Below, piece by piece: positions 27,713-40,776 of a DNA stretch of 64,000 nucleotides. The stretch covers positions 467,312 to 531,311 of the forward strand of contig NMRA01000122.1 of the NCBI GenBank assembly GCA_002633005.1, read 5' to 3'. Source of the stretch: Phoronis australis (lineage: Eukaryota; Animalia; Phoronida). A program made the position numbers and the translations under genes. The notes under the pieces were generated by a model, which worked only from the letters and a program-made list of their open reading frames with translations, was not told where the DNA came from and did not search any database. The first letter of the stretch is position 1. Each line of letters starts with the position of its first letter.

Positions 27713-28085
27713 ACTGCATTTACACGATAATAAATCGCGCAAACTGGATCAGTTTGAGTCACTTACACGAAGACTGTCTGTGTATGCTCACATGAACAAC
27801 AGCGAACGTCTAAACGACGCGGAATGCCATCAGATCACCCAGATATACGATTTGAAAGATGATCCCTTTCCGCTCTGCTCCAGTTGTGTTTACACGTGAA
27901 GTTGAAACTGGGGCACCTGATAGAGTTTAACTCGTTCTACCTCTCAAAGCCGGTGTAAAAAAGGGACGCTGTGGTGTCAGTCAACTTGCTCTTTGTCATT
28001 TGCGTTTGCACACACACACACTTGCACCACATCAGCTGTTCCATGTTAGTTGCTCCATGACAGCTGTCTCCGGTGTAAATGCGGC
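27713..28085 (+). mobile_element. Harbinger/PIF-like MITE with TAA TSD
   Basis: TAA|ACTGCATTTACAC ... GTGTAAATGCGGC|TAA. A 3-bp TWA TSD is the established PIF/Harbinger signature. Two more copies are in the window. Confidence 0.88.
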
Positions 28086-30424
28086 TAAAGACTGTCCAAT
28101 GACCTTGCTCAAAAATGCGTTAGTGCAGTGATGTAACACTTGGACATGGGGCAAAAGGCTAGACATTAATGAAATCTTCAGAAAAAAGTTATGAGGAGTG
28201 TGATGAAAGAATTTCAAGCACTTTTTGAAAAATTCAAGGAATATATTTTTCAGTGTTTTACTTAGGTAACTTTAAGTGTTGCATAGCAACAATCAGGTGC
28301 TGCCATCCCAAAACATGGATTTCAACAATGGCCAATCTCTTGCCAACTGGCAGGAGCAGACCAGCCTTTAGACTCCTCACTGCTTTATCTCCCTAAGTCA
28401 AACCTATGGGCGGTAGTCTGAAAGTTGCCAGAGGAGTATTGAGACTGATCTGGTGACAAGGATCTCCAATTCCACTAACTTCATATGAAATTCAAGCTGA
28501 TTCGATTCTACAGGATGTAAAGTAAAAACCACTTAAAAAGTGAAAGAGCAAGCTAAAGCTTTCTAAACACGAAATTTCCTTATCAAGCCATTTTTGACAG
28601 AATGAAGCAGACAATCTGTCATATATGTAATCAAATCTAAAACAAATTCAATATGTTTATTATCTACACACTACTTGTCTGACATGCCTGGCCAAATACA
28701 TCCAACTTAATTACACGACCAATGATACATAGTAAACACGGTTTATCTTTGTTAACGACTTATTGATTTGTACGATCGCTGGGCAAGGTAATCTGACGCA
28801 CCTGGTGACTTCCCACTGTACTTTCATTGGCTTGTGTCTTGTAACATTCAAGTACAACTACTCAGTTTTTTAAGGTTACGTAAGACCCCAGAAACATTGC
28901 AAATTTTATTAGCTTGGGAACACGTCTCAGAAATATCTGACCTAATTCAAAGGTAACTTTCAGGTACTATGCTGTAGGCACTCAATTTTATGAAGCAGGC
29001 ACAACCGTGTGACCAAATAAAGTAAAAAATAAAATTCTACAGGCTATCCACTCACAGAAAATATACTCTACTGCTTTTGGGTGAATGAAGACTTGACAAC
29101 GAGGATGTACATAACACAGATATCTAACAAAATCATCACACATGCAAAACAATGATGATTAAATAAACACGACACATGCAGACTCAAGACATTTGAGTTT
29201 CAAAGCAAATTACCAACTATCTTGTTTGAGAAAAAAGAAACTAACAGTGATGTGATAAGGCCTCTGAGTAAATGACTCTTGACCATAATTGTCTTGTTCA
29301 CCTTATGCTTTACCTACAAATACCTTTGTTAACCCACATAGTTCTATGTCTTTCTCTTGACATAGCAGTATTTTGACTCTACATATTCATCGTTTTCAAT
29401 GATAATATTATTGAAGTCTTTATATCATTGCATTAACCACAAACAAATTGAGAAATGAAAACCATGCCAGTACATTACTGCATAACTTAAACATTGCCAT
29501 TTCCTTAGTACAGAGTTATGATTAAATTAACTCCATAAATAGGAACTAGTGCTTGGCATATTTTAAAATATTGATTGGAATATCTGAGGGGAGCACAGTC
29601 ATATGTGTAAGGTGATAAACATAAACCAAATCTTAACCAATAACAGACTAGTTACTGAACAGGTGTTGCCTCTTCAGCTTTGTCCCAGGGTAATACAGTG
29701 ATTATCTATTGATCCTGGATCAATAATGATAGCAATCGGTGCTTTATTAACAATAATTAGTCTAGCCTGAAGGACTACCAGTCCCTGGTAAGGAAATGAC
29801 AGCATTACATAATACTATCCAGTTTTAATTAATTCTCCACTAATTATTTATCTCTAAATTATGCCAAAGACCTAGCGTAGTGTCAACAAACCAACTTCCA
29901 CAGTTTTGTAAAAGCCTAATCAGTTCGGTAGTTATCGATCCAAAGCGATGCTGCAATGTCTGAAAATTGGTAGTTAATTGCAGGTAAGTAAATTAACTGG
30001 TCAAGCACGCACCTGATAATAGTCATCATTATTTGACCATCATGTATGACAGACATTAGGGTTAAAGTCCCACAAGCACTTACTCGTTAGGTCAAACTCG
30101 AATGAATCAACTTATGCAAAGGTGACTCTTCCCTGTTGGAGCAATCAATGAATTCAGTCCAGAATTTCATCATATGCAATTAGAAACACTAGTTCCACAA
30201 GGCCCTTACATATTGACTTAACTCCACTCTGAGCAGATCGTCGATGTAAACAGCGCAATAACTGGACTGTTCATACTGGCTTCGGTAGTTAATGAACATC
30301 GAAGTAAGTGGTTGGTGCCACTGTCATCATCAAAGTTATCGCTAAGTAGCATTGCACGCTATGATTTTTTTCAATGTTTCAATTTGGAAACATTTACATG
30401 CGCTAAGTGACATTAAACTTATTT

Positions 30425-33400
30425 CATAACGCTAAACCCTCGTGAGAGACCGCCCCGAGATGGATGCTGGAGCAACTCGGGGCGGTCTGGGATCAAGCGG
30501 AAAAACCACAGGGTAAATCTGTGGTCGACGAATCTATTCGGTCGATTACATTTTATTGCCCGTGAAGCCGCTAAGGGCTGCCTGAAGAAATATGACTCGC
30601 GCGTTTGTATTTTCGCCTTTTTCAATAACATGTAAAAGATTCATCAACAAATTCCTCGTAAAATTCTGAAAACAAGCGTTTTTCTCCCACGAAAATCGAT
30701 GAAGTTTTGGCCGAGATATTTCACTTTCAGTCCAGGCTAGCCCTGCACACTCAGAGAATCGTCACACAAGATTACTACGCGGTAATGCGGTTTCACTGTC
30801 AACAAAGGAAGACGTCAAAATCGACTTATAATTGTCATTTTTAAACTATTTGCATGGTAAATTATCAAAATGTAAGTAAAATCGTACTCTATATTTTAAC
30901 AAGAAAACAGCAGTTTCATTTTGGTGAACATGTCTATAAGGACCTAACTCGCGCATGGTGGTGAGTAGTGAGTCCGGCCAACACGTGAGGATGGCTGTGT
31001 TGTTGTTTTTGCTCTCAATTCAAAAGTAGCCGTTTCAAAATGGAAGATGGACAGAAAATGCAGGCAGTTGACGAAAACGGCCATTGGAAGGAAGCAATTG
31101 AGCGGGGAGTAAATGACAGCGCTGGGAATTCACGTCGGTTTTCCTGGATGGCCGTCTGAGTTTGACCAGCTCGTCGAGCCGTGATTCGTGAGAGGCTGAG
31201 CCGATCGACTACGTCGGGCTCGGTACCTGGACCTGGTGAAGAAAAACGTAAGTATTTTTTTGTCATCCCTTATGCTCGCATGATGCTGTTGGCTGTATAG
31301 ATAAAGTATACCGTGTTTGCGTGGGATTTTGTGTTCATGAAATTACAGACTATGTACATCTACCACATTTAAAGTCAGAGAAACATTGTTACTTAGTGAA
31401 AGATAAACGTCTGAGCGAATATACCATGGTGCCTTCAATGTTGTGTTTGTTCTTTGTGAAGTAGATTTACTGTAACAAGTCCGATGTTGTCGGATTGAAT
31501 TGGTATTCCGGGATTTTCAATGCCAGTGGCAGATCCAGAATTTTTGGAATGGTGTTCGCAAATGAAATAATGTCAAGCCATTGTTTTAAATTACCATTTA
31601 AGTTTTATTAATAAGAGGTGGAGACAGCAATCTTCAGCCGTGTCTTTGTTACCTTGTTCTCATTTCTTTACATTTGTTTATGTTTCATTTCATTGTTTTC
31701 TGTAGATCCCCCCAACCCCCTTGCCATAGTGCACTCTCTGTTGACTGAATTTGATGACATAATATATTGATAAGCCATTGTATTCTGCATACCAGTACTA
31801 GCTTAACCCTTAGTCCTGCACACCTGGCCCTATTGTTCACTCTTGACTTTTGTTTACAAAATAATCCAGTCCAGTCTACACCCTGATTGCTTAGTTTAAT
31901 ATTTACCAGTGAGTAAACTGTATTTCACTTGTTGAACCTTTTCTTACTATCATGCAGCTCTTGCTTGACAGTGCACATGTACTTTTATCTCCTCTTTTTC
32001 GAACCACTCATTAAAGCGTTTTATGGGGTTTGGTTTCTTTTCATGAATGTTTTCATCGTTGGTTTCTAATTCGTTCAACTGCTTCCCAAAACTCCTGAGT
32101 CCTGAGCATTGAGCAACACTCAACAATCCCTCTAAAAAATGATGCCCTTCCAAACAGTGATGTGACCTTCTGACTACATGAGTGTAAGCTGTGGTACACT
32201 ACTGCACGTGCACAAGGTCATCAGCACCAGAAGTTTTAAAATCACACCACCAAAACTGTGACTGTTTACATTTCAGAGAGCTTGCCGTGACAATTTCAAG
32301 AAGGTATACCGCTTGACAGTTGCATTTATGTACACGTTGAAGCCTGGAGAATACAGACTTGATCAGGGCTTGGGATTTCCGTCTTTTAAGAGGAATTCCT
32401 TTTTTGGTGTCGATTTTCTCTGATTGGATTTCCAGTTTCCTCTTTTTATGATTTTTTCGACTTCATTAAATGTTTAGTTCAGGTAAATTTTACATCCAAA
32501 AATGTCTATCACCCAAACCTATTTTTTGTGTATCATACATCAGCTGGAAATTTCTCCGCTGTTTTTGTTATTGCTCATTCCAAGCTCTGCTTATTTTTCG
32601 TGAAGTAACTAGAATGGATTTCATAACATACCAGTTTATTGTACTGGATTCTTCTTGGGTTTATCAACTGTAAACTAACACTAATAGGAGCATAGGATAA
32701 TAGCCACCTGTCTTAAGTTCGCACAAAAGTAGAGTACAAAATTCCAAACGTAATTTCGAGTTCCAATTCCTGTAAAAAGATCAATGACAGGGCCCAGGTA
32801 TCAATTCCGGTATTTTTGGCACTTAATCGTGTTTGAAAGTGTTGTACTGTGTTTGGAAATTTGTTTGAAAAGCTGTTTTTTTTTGCTGAACAGCGTATGA
32901 CCTTACTGGATTTAAGGGCCCCACCAGAGCATTTATTAGTGTGCCCTCCACTCATTTCCAATGTTCTATGTATATCAAATGCTTTGAGATGCCAGCAGGG
33001 TAGTATTCTGCATGCAGCTTTGTTGACCATTGTGGTCAGTGAGAATGTCCTACTCACATGTGTATGAATGCATAGTGTGTGCACCTCATTCATGTACCAC
33101 ACCAGTATTGCCTGTGTGGTTATGGAAATGTGTAAGCTGCTTGTGTTGTATGGGCATTGTTGAGCTTGAAATGCTAGTTTTACTCCTATAAAACTAGGGA
33201 TGTATTTATTGCGACATGTCTCCGTTATTGTTGTTACTAGTTTATTGCTTAACCAGTGTATCTATTTTGAATATTCTTCAAGCCTTGGATGACTGATCTT
33301 TTCAGTTTAGGATAGTTATTGTTTGCATCCCAAGAAATGAATTACATACTGTCTTTTTTAGTATTTTTATTCAGTGACTCCTGGTGTGGTTTTGAAAATG

Positions 33401-35477
33401 GTTGTTTTTTAGGCTGAAATGCAGATTTTTTACCAAGTTCTGCAATGACCCTGTCATTTCCACATGGTTATCTTGAAAAGCAAATTCTTGTATACATATT
33501 ATTGTCATCTTGTGAGGTGTGCAATTTATTGCGGTTTTCAGTGACTGGTTCCACCAGGGATAGCAGTATTGTGCACCTACCGGTACTTTGCTCAAACCCA
33601 TGTTTCATATTATTATATTGATAACTTTTCCTCGTGAAGGTAGTGATCTCAGCAGTTATATCACTTATGGTGTTTTGTCAAGTAGTAGAACCTTGTACTG
33701 CTATGACACAAATTTTGAAGGTTTCTATGTTGTAGTTAAGTCCCACTTTAAATATTTTGCTCACCATGTGAGTTATTGTTTACATGGAGGGATTCATACT
33801 TATGGATGATCTCATCAGGGATTGCATGTAACACTATTTGGGTGTGTATATTTGTTACATGTTCATTGTATAAAGTGTATTGTTTATATTGCAGAGTTTA
33901 TAATTGTTAGTTAAAAAGATTTCGGTAGGTTATCTCAACAGTGCTTAGTGCATGTTTTGCTCATCCTGTGAAATGTAATATTTATACTGAAGAGTTTATC
34001 ATCGCTAGTGCCTGTGTCCCTTATTGCTTTTCCCATAGTATGAACAACTAGTCATGTTAACGTTTGAAATTCTCATGTACAATATATATTACACTCTTCC
34101 GAAATCTTACACTTATTTTCATTGCCCAAGCACTAATCTGAAGAGTGGCCTACTAGTTATGTGGAATGCGCACAATGCATTGTTAAAGCGAGGTGATCGT
34201 ATGCCGCTGGGTTTTTGTTTTCTTACTCTTTGTGAACGCAGTGCCTGTAATTCGCATTTATTCCTAAGTTTATGCAATCATTTTAAATTACAAAACATGA
34301 AACCCTGGGAACCGGTGGGGCAGTTAAATTTTGACATCGACAATATATACGTGTCATTTGAAGTAGTAGCCCGTTGTAGGGTGCCACGACCAAAAATATG
34401 GGTACACATCACATGTTTAACCACAAACAACAAGTGAAAGAGTTACTTTTTCAGGTAAGCGACGCGTTGCGCGCTTTGGTTGTTTTTGTCCGTTTTAGGT
34501 GGCAAGTGGCGCTTTTTTCTTTGACGATTTCGCTGAGGTACGTTTCAGAAAATCGTACTGTAGGCCTAAGTCATTTTTTCTGTGCCAGTTCATTTAGGTA
34601 CACAGCAACTGAAAAAATGGATAAATCACGTCATTTTAAATCTCCATATCGCTCCGTTATGGCCACTTCGACTTGGATGGATTTTGGCTCTTTCAAACAC
34701 TCCTCCATGCTCTATTTTTTGAAGTTCGTTAACGAAAACGCGTACCAGGATGTAAGGTTCGTGCCCTCCCCCTCGAGTTTTAGTTGGTAATTTTGACATG
34801 AAGATGATGGTGATATTTATGCGTTCCTTGACGAGAATTCCAGCAAGTCAAGTTTTGCCTAATTCAGCTTTTCATTCATTTTTATACCGTGTATGGTCGC
34901 TGGCAAAATAAGATACCATCAAGATTTTAGTCTAGATGTTTCCTAACTCGATTTTTAGCCATAACACTGAGCGCGCAAGAGAAGACGGAACATATTTGCG
35001 ACGTTTCGTTTACTCAAAGTTAATGAGCCTAAACGTCAGAAAATATTTGTTTTCTCTTTCTCGCTTATAATGATTTTCAAGGGTTTCCGTTATTCAATTT
35101 CGGCAAGGTCGTCGCTTTCTCGCAAAACTACCGATTGGATGATCAATTACGCACTTATTTACTCTCCGTTTTAACGTTGATCATCGTCAATACACCTCCA
35201 AAAATTGCACATCGTCTTTGCGCAAACTACATTGAGATTTAAGTCTCCCGAAAAAAGTTGACGATCGGATAGTGTTTAAAAGTCTAATTCTAAATTTCTC
35301 CAGTTAGTGCACAAATGAAGTAAAAGAAAGTAGTTCTGCTTGTCGCGTCAGCTGTTGGTATCATTATCTCGATTTATGACCCACAACGCGTGACTGGACA
35401 AAGCCTTTTCAATTTAGCCGGTGGAGCGTGAGACCCCTGAGGTCCCAATCGAGTCCTCACGACAACTTCGCGTTATG
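30425..35477. mobile_element. Unclassified 5053-bp non-autonomous DNA element with bipartite TIRs
   Basis: Left CATAACGC-TAAACCC-TCGTGAG; reverse complement of right end CATAACGC-GAAGTTG-TCGTGAG. Boundaries are fixed independently by the interrupted MITE. No intact ORF. Confidence 0.82.
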
Positions 35478-35641
35478 TTAAATCGAGTGGTTATCATTAG
35501 AGCAAAATATAAGCAGCTATTAGTGACGGCACTACCTTGTAACTGTTGACGATAACAGTGGCACCTGGCGATAACTTCGATTGGACCGAAGTTAAGCGCT
35601 CATACAGCACCGCAGTGTTGACGTTGCATTATTAAATCCAC

Positions 35642-35729
35642 CTGTTAACTGCGATGTTATCTGGAGCTGTTAACTGCGTTGTTATCTGGAGCTGTTAACT
35701 GCGGTGTTATCTGGAGCTGTTAACTGCGA
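35642..35729. repeat. 25-bp tandem repeat x ~3.5 inside the MITE
   Basis: CTGTTAACTGCG.TGTTATCTGGAG; unexpanded in the 7.4-kb paralog. Confidence 0.92.
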
Positions 35730-37003
35730 TCCAGGACCAGAGTTAAGCATTCATACTGACCGTAACTTCCCAAACCATCGACGCGTCGACGTTAGTATAA
35801 AAGGGCCCTTCAAAAAACCAACAAAAACAGAAGGATTACACCCCAAAACATGGACCAAACAATATTTATAAAGTAAGACCTTGCATGGGACTTTAATTGC
35901 AGGGTTACAAGAAGGTGCAAACAATTATCGATCAGCGGAGACTTGGCAGAGAATGTGCTCAACAGTCTCGGAGGGAACAATATTGGCCAGAGTTACTGAA
36001 ACTTTACACCTCAGGGTGGTAAATGCACAGCTGACCATTTCTATTGGACAAGTGGTTCAGGCCATGCCAGTTTGCTCACTGACCATTGTCCAGAGCTCAA
36101 TTCACCCAATTAGTGGCTATTATCAGTGGCCACTTGTGTTCCCCTAGCTATTCATTGGAACCACTTCACAGCTAGATTATGAAAATAAGTGCAATTTCCA
36201 CTGGTTTTCCACCTAAGCTAATATGATGACAGAAAGATGACAACATCCCTATGTGTTGTGACAACATGGTTTGTGTGTGCTGTGTAAAGTATGTCACGTG
36301 CCTGGCAGTTTTCGCGTGCCACTATATTCTTTGCTGCAGGCTAAATAAACAGGCCCAGTGTTTGAATTGGACATAACAACCAGAGTGCATTGTCAGTCTG
36401 ATACACTACAAACAACATCAGTTACTTGAACACTCACAATCTACATCAAGTTAATACCATATGTATATGCTTGACCCCAAAAGGCATCAGAATCTTATGT
36501 AAGACAGAAAAGATCACTTGTGGAATAGCACCTGCTGTCTCTGGTTGTGATACTTCCATAGTGGAGGTCTGCCCAGAAGATGAATTTTCACAATAGATTC
36601 CCTGCACAAGGGATCACTAAAAAGGTTCTTTTCAGGACTTCAAAACTGAACGAAAAGTCTCAACTACAGAAATCTAATTCATACACTTTGCTGACAAAAG
36701 ATTTTTTATTTTCACATGGCATCTCCTTGTGCACAATTTCAGGCCAAATGGGTAAAAATTCAGGTGTCTAAGAATTTCTTCGAAAGGGTTAGGTTCACGG
36801 AATTAACCCTTAAACACTGTGGAGTTTCTCCAACAAACACTTCCAAAAAGGGCTTAACCCTTAACAACGTCAACTCGCTAAATGCAACCTGGCAAAATTT
36901 CCATTACACCAAACTGAAAATGAGATTGACAAAAAACTCGCACGCAAGGAGGTGAAAACCTGGCCTCCATAAATGATGCATAGTCGGCAACAGCCAAAAA
37001 TGA

Positions 37004-37797
37004 AAGCAAGAGCAACGCAGAGTGTTGAAATGCGCCCACGAGAGCACCGCAAACGGTGTGCTAATAAGGGTGATTATTTGCATCATAAAAAATGGCCATT
37101 AGATGGCACAAAATACATTGAACCCATATAAAAATGGAAGGTTTGGTCGTCTGTCAAAACTTTTTGCCAAATTTCATGAAAATCCGTCAAAGAACTCCAA
37201 AGATACAAAATAACTCAAGATAACTGCCATTAGGAACCAGAGCAGAAGTTGAATTCCTCCATCTGCTGTCAAATTAATAAGAATAGAACTGCAAAATTTC
37301 AAAAACATCTTGCAGGGGGGTTAAGGGATACAGCCATAGATGCACAAAATGTCACTAGATGGCACAAAGTACATCAAATCCTTTTGAAAACGGTTACATG
37401 TCACCATTTCTGCAACAGAAAGCTATTTACTAAATTTCGGAAAAATCCGTCAAGGAGTTTCATTGAAACAAACAAAAACATAAAATTATGAAATTACCAC
37501 AAGGTACCACAGCCTTCGCGAATCCGTCCTAAAGTCGTCATTGTCCGTTGTCAAATTCATATAAATAAACATGCTAAATTTAGAAAAGATCCTGCAGCGA
37601 GTTTAGGAGATACAGCCATGGGCGCAAAATTAAACAAAACTGCCACTAGAAGGTGCCACAGTAGTTGATGTCATCGGAAAATCATCCACCAGCCACCCTC
37701 TTCACAGCAGGAACATATATGCCAATTTTCACAATCATCTTAGAGTGGTTTGACTGATAGAAGGGCGGATCTGTCAGACATGTGGGCACATAAAAAC
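37004..37797 (+). mobile_element. Helentron/HINE-like (rolling-circle non-autonomous) element with internal degenerate tandem units
   Basis: Start AAAGCAAGAG. Repeated GCCA(C/T)TAGATGGC / AAATTTCATGAAAATCCGTCA / GAGATACAGCC units. Ends ...CATGTGGGCACATAAAAA. Confidence 0.6.
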
Positions 37798-39836
37798 AAG
37801 ATATTTGAATTAAAGAACCGGCGAACTGAGCAAAGTTCTGGCAAAATCACTGGCAAAATCACGGGAAATATCATGGGCTCAGTAACAACCAAGCAATTTC
37901 CCTATAGAGCCCAATAGCTGTCACAGCCTTGCCCACTTCAAGGTAAGGGAAAACAGCACTTTTGGGTATGTCTGAGCAGGAGTCATAAATGGCCCAAGTA
38001 CAATCTCTAAATGGGTGTGTGTATTTGAATTTGTGGAGCTGTATGGTTCCCAGTCAAGAGTACACCAGGGACAGTGGTACAGTGCCAGGGGCATTTTAAT
38101 GCCCGGTTTAAGTAAGTTGAAATCATGCAGCGCATATGGACCCCAAGGTCTGGCCCTGTTAGTCCAACATGGGGATCACAGTTTAAAAAATAACAAAATA
38201 TAAAAGAATACCGACATAAATGTTGTTGTCACAGATAAGAAAATTGAGTCAAGTGTTCAGTTGCTAGACACTGACACATATAGGAAGAAGGTATGTCTTG
38301 CCTAGGTAACAGACCCATGTTAAATAAGGTATGAGGTAAAAGGTGGTCAAGTGTTGAGTTCAGGGCTACAAATATTACATAACAGCTTGGAAAGGTTCAG
38401 AAGAAGAGGCTAGAAAGTTGCAGGGAGGAAAGGCTCCCATAAATTAATTACAAGACATTGTTGTCCATCTGCTCCCCTAACCCATGGGTCAAAGCTCTCT
38501 ACTTTACTGCTAAGAACTGAGTGAGAGGACAATCCCTCTGTTCATCAATTAAATTACGGAACATAGTACCACAATAATTAGAGTAATTTCACTGTTACTA
38601 ATCACACAACCAATGTTGGCAAAATTGCAATTTTTCTCTATCTTTCACAAGATGACTACTACTAACAGATAATGAAATGATCATCACCTCAGCTGTTTCA
38701 TGACAACTACACAGTGCATGAACCACCATGCCGACAATAGAGTAATTTTTTAATGCTTGAGATTGGTTGAGGACTGACTTTAATTACAAAACAAGCTCTT
38801 CTTCAAGTTTGCCATAATGTGTGTTAAATAGGATAATTATGGGACATTACAATTTCAATTAGTTGAATTATTACATTAGCGCTAACATTCTTACAAGCGC
38901 TGAAAGAACAACTCTTGATGGACCCTAATGATTTCTTTGCATTGATAACAGTAAATAGGCCTGTTTACATAGATGTTGTAATGGCCATTTTGATAGCTAT
39001 TTTGATCCTCATTTCAACATACCCAGTAAAATCCCAACTTTAATCATCATTTTGTCACCTGCTAAGTGCAGGAAAATCCAACAGCTGCAATAAATCACTT
39101 GGGCCACCTGCTGATACCGGACGTGTCTAAAATGCATGCGCACTTCATGATAGCGCGTTGTGCCATTTGCCTTGGAAAACAAAATGCGAAATGTTTTTAC
39201 TTTAATCCGGAAATGCGGAAATACGACCAGAAGGAGATTGCAATACTTTAACCTGATTCTTGGGGGATGTTGAAATCACGACATTCTCTCAGGGACCAAG
39301 AAAGATAGCATGACGTACACTCGCGTACAAAAGAATTTGGAAAAGATTTTTGCACGTTACTATGACGTAAGTGTTTGCCTATTGGCAACTGCCCTGTGTT
39401 TTTAACTGGGAGTAATATTAACTCGGATAATCCTAAGTTTTTATGACCTGTAGGTTAAACAGCAGCTTGTTTTGTTGTACCCTCAATTACTGACGATACT
39501 AATTTTATACTTACTCTTGGAGTTGGGCAATTGTTCCAATTAGAGTTAAGTGTATAGAAATATACTTGATTTAAGCTACAAAGAGAGCAACCAAACACCC
39601 TCCCTCACATGCTAACAGAGGGCGCATTGTACACTATAGGGGAAACGATGGAAAAAATCATCATGTAAACAGTCGCAGATTGCCATTAAAAAGTAAGCGT
39701 AGAAATAGCGAAGAAATAGCCCAAACATTTCACATGAACATGTTACTAATGCAGTATTCAACAGTTTTCCAGTGCAGGGCAGCAGAGGTTATGCAACACT
39801 AGATGACAATTCATATTTCTGACCCACCTCTTCTGT

Positions 39837-39972
39837 AAAGGGACAGTGCAGATGAGAACCAGGAGCTCATCCGTCTGCTGCAAAGGGACAGTGCAGATGA
39901 GAACCAGGAGCTCATCGTCTGCTGCAAAGGGACAGTGCAGATGAGAACCAGGAGCTCATCCGTCTGCTGCAA
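39837..39972. repeat. 45-bp tandem repeat x3
   Basis: AAAGGGACAGTGCAGATGAGAACCAGGAGCTCATCCGTCTGCTGC; the second copy lacks one C. Confidence 0.95.
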
Positions 39973-40559
39973 CAGAACGATGATGAGCTGGAAGCTGCTC
40001 AAAAAATTTCACGTGACAGTTGATCTCAAGCAGTAATCAACTGATATCACCTAAGGAACAATTTGAGACCTATTTCATAATGGTAAATAGAAAGCAGGGT
40101 CTTAACAACATTTCTAGATGAATCAGGAGGACACATGACATATCTTAGTCCCCCACTCCAAATCTACTCAAGGGCACTGTCTCCCTGCCCCCACTATAAT
40201 ACGCCCTTGTAACCGCTTTAAGAAACGTAGTTGGGTCCTAATTTCATGCAACAGGCCACTAAGGCCCAGTCGTTTGTATTATTTGACTGAATTGGGTAAA
40301 TGCAACAAAATCTCCCAAGATATATTATAAAATAGCTAAGTGTTGTTAACTGATAAACTGTATGCACAAATTTGATTGAAGCACCACCTATTAACCACCA
40401 AGAAAGTTGTGCTTCCTTGGCAAAAATCATGCCAGTGCAAAGAAGCCACGGGAGGTTACCTTTATTGTAGGCTGGACTCTGAACATTTGGAAAACAATTG
40501 ATACATCTCACTGCACACCTCAGTTCAATCAACATCACATAATGGTAAACAACAGTAGC

Positions 40560-40776
40560 TGGGCCAGTCAGCTACACTGGGGTCAGCGAGTGCTCGCTTA
40601 CGGATGGACAATTTCAGGTGTCATCACTTCCTACCAGCAAATGTCGTCCAATCCATGAAAGAAACATATGTGCAAAATTTCACGAACATACGTCAAAGGG
40701 TTTTGGAGACAGAGCAGCAGACACCGGAGATGACGGCATAATGCGTCCACATATAAATACGTGGTCCCATAAAAAT
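40560..40776 (+). mobile_element. 3' fragment of the same HINE-like family
   Basis: GAAACATATGTGCAAAATTTCACGAACATACGTCAAAGGGTTTTGGAGAC, and terminal CCACATATAAATACGTGG..ATAAAAA hairpin remnant. Confidence 0.5.

Larger units (their letters stand above)
30200..35809 (+). mobile_element. Harbinger-like MITE split into 30200-30424 and 35478-35809 by a 5-kb insertion
   Basis: TIR AGGCCCTTACATATTGAC / GTTAGTATAAAAGGGCCCT. The halves rejoin colinearly with the paralog at 7040-7515. Confidence 0.82.

Noticed and set aside
31040-31253. Exon-like segment (MEDGQKMQAVDENGHWKEAIERG..., GTAAGT donor) in the 5-kb element
   Set aside because: All frames hit stops and no domain is recognisable; it may be a decayed first exon but cannot be called.
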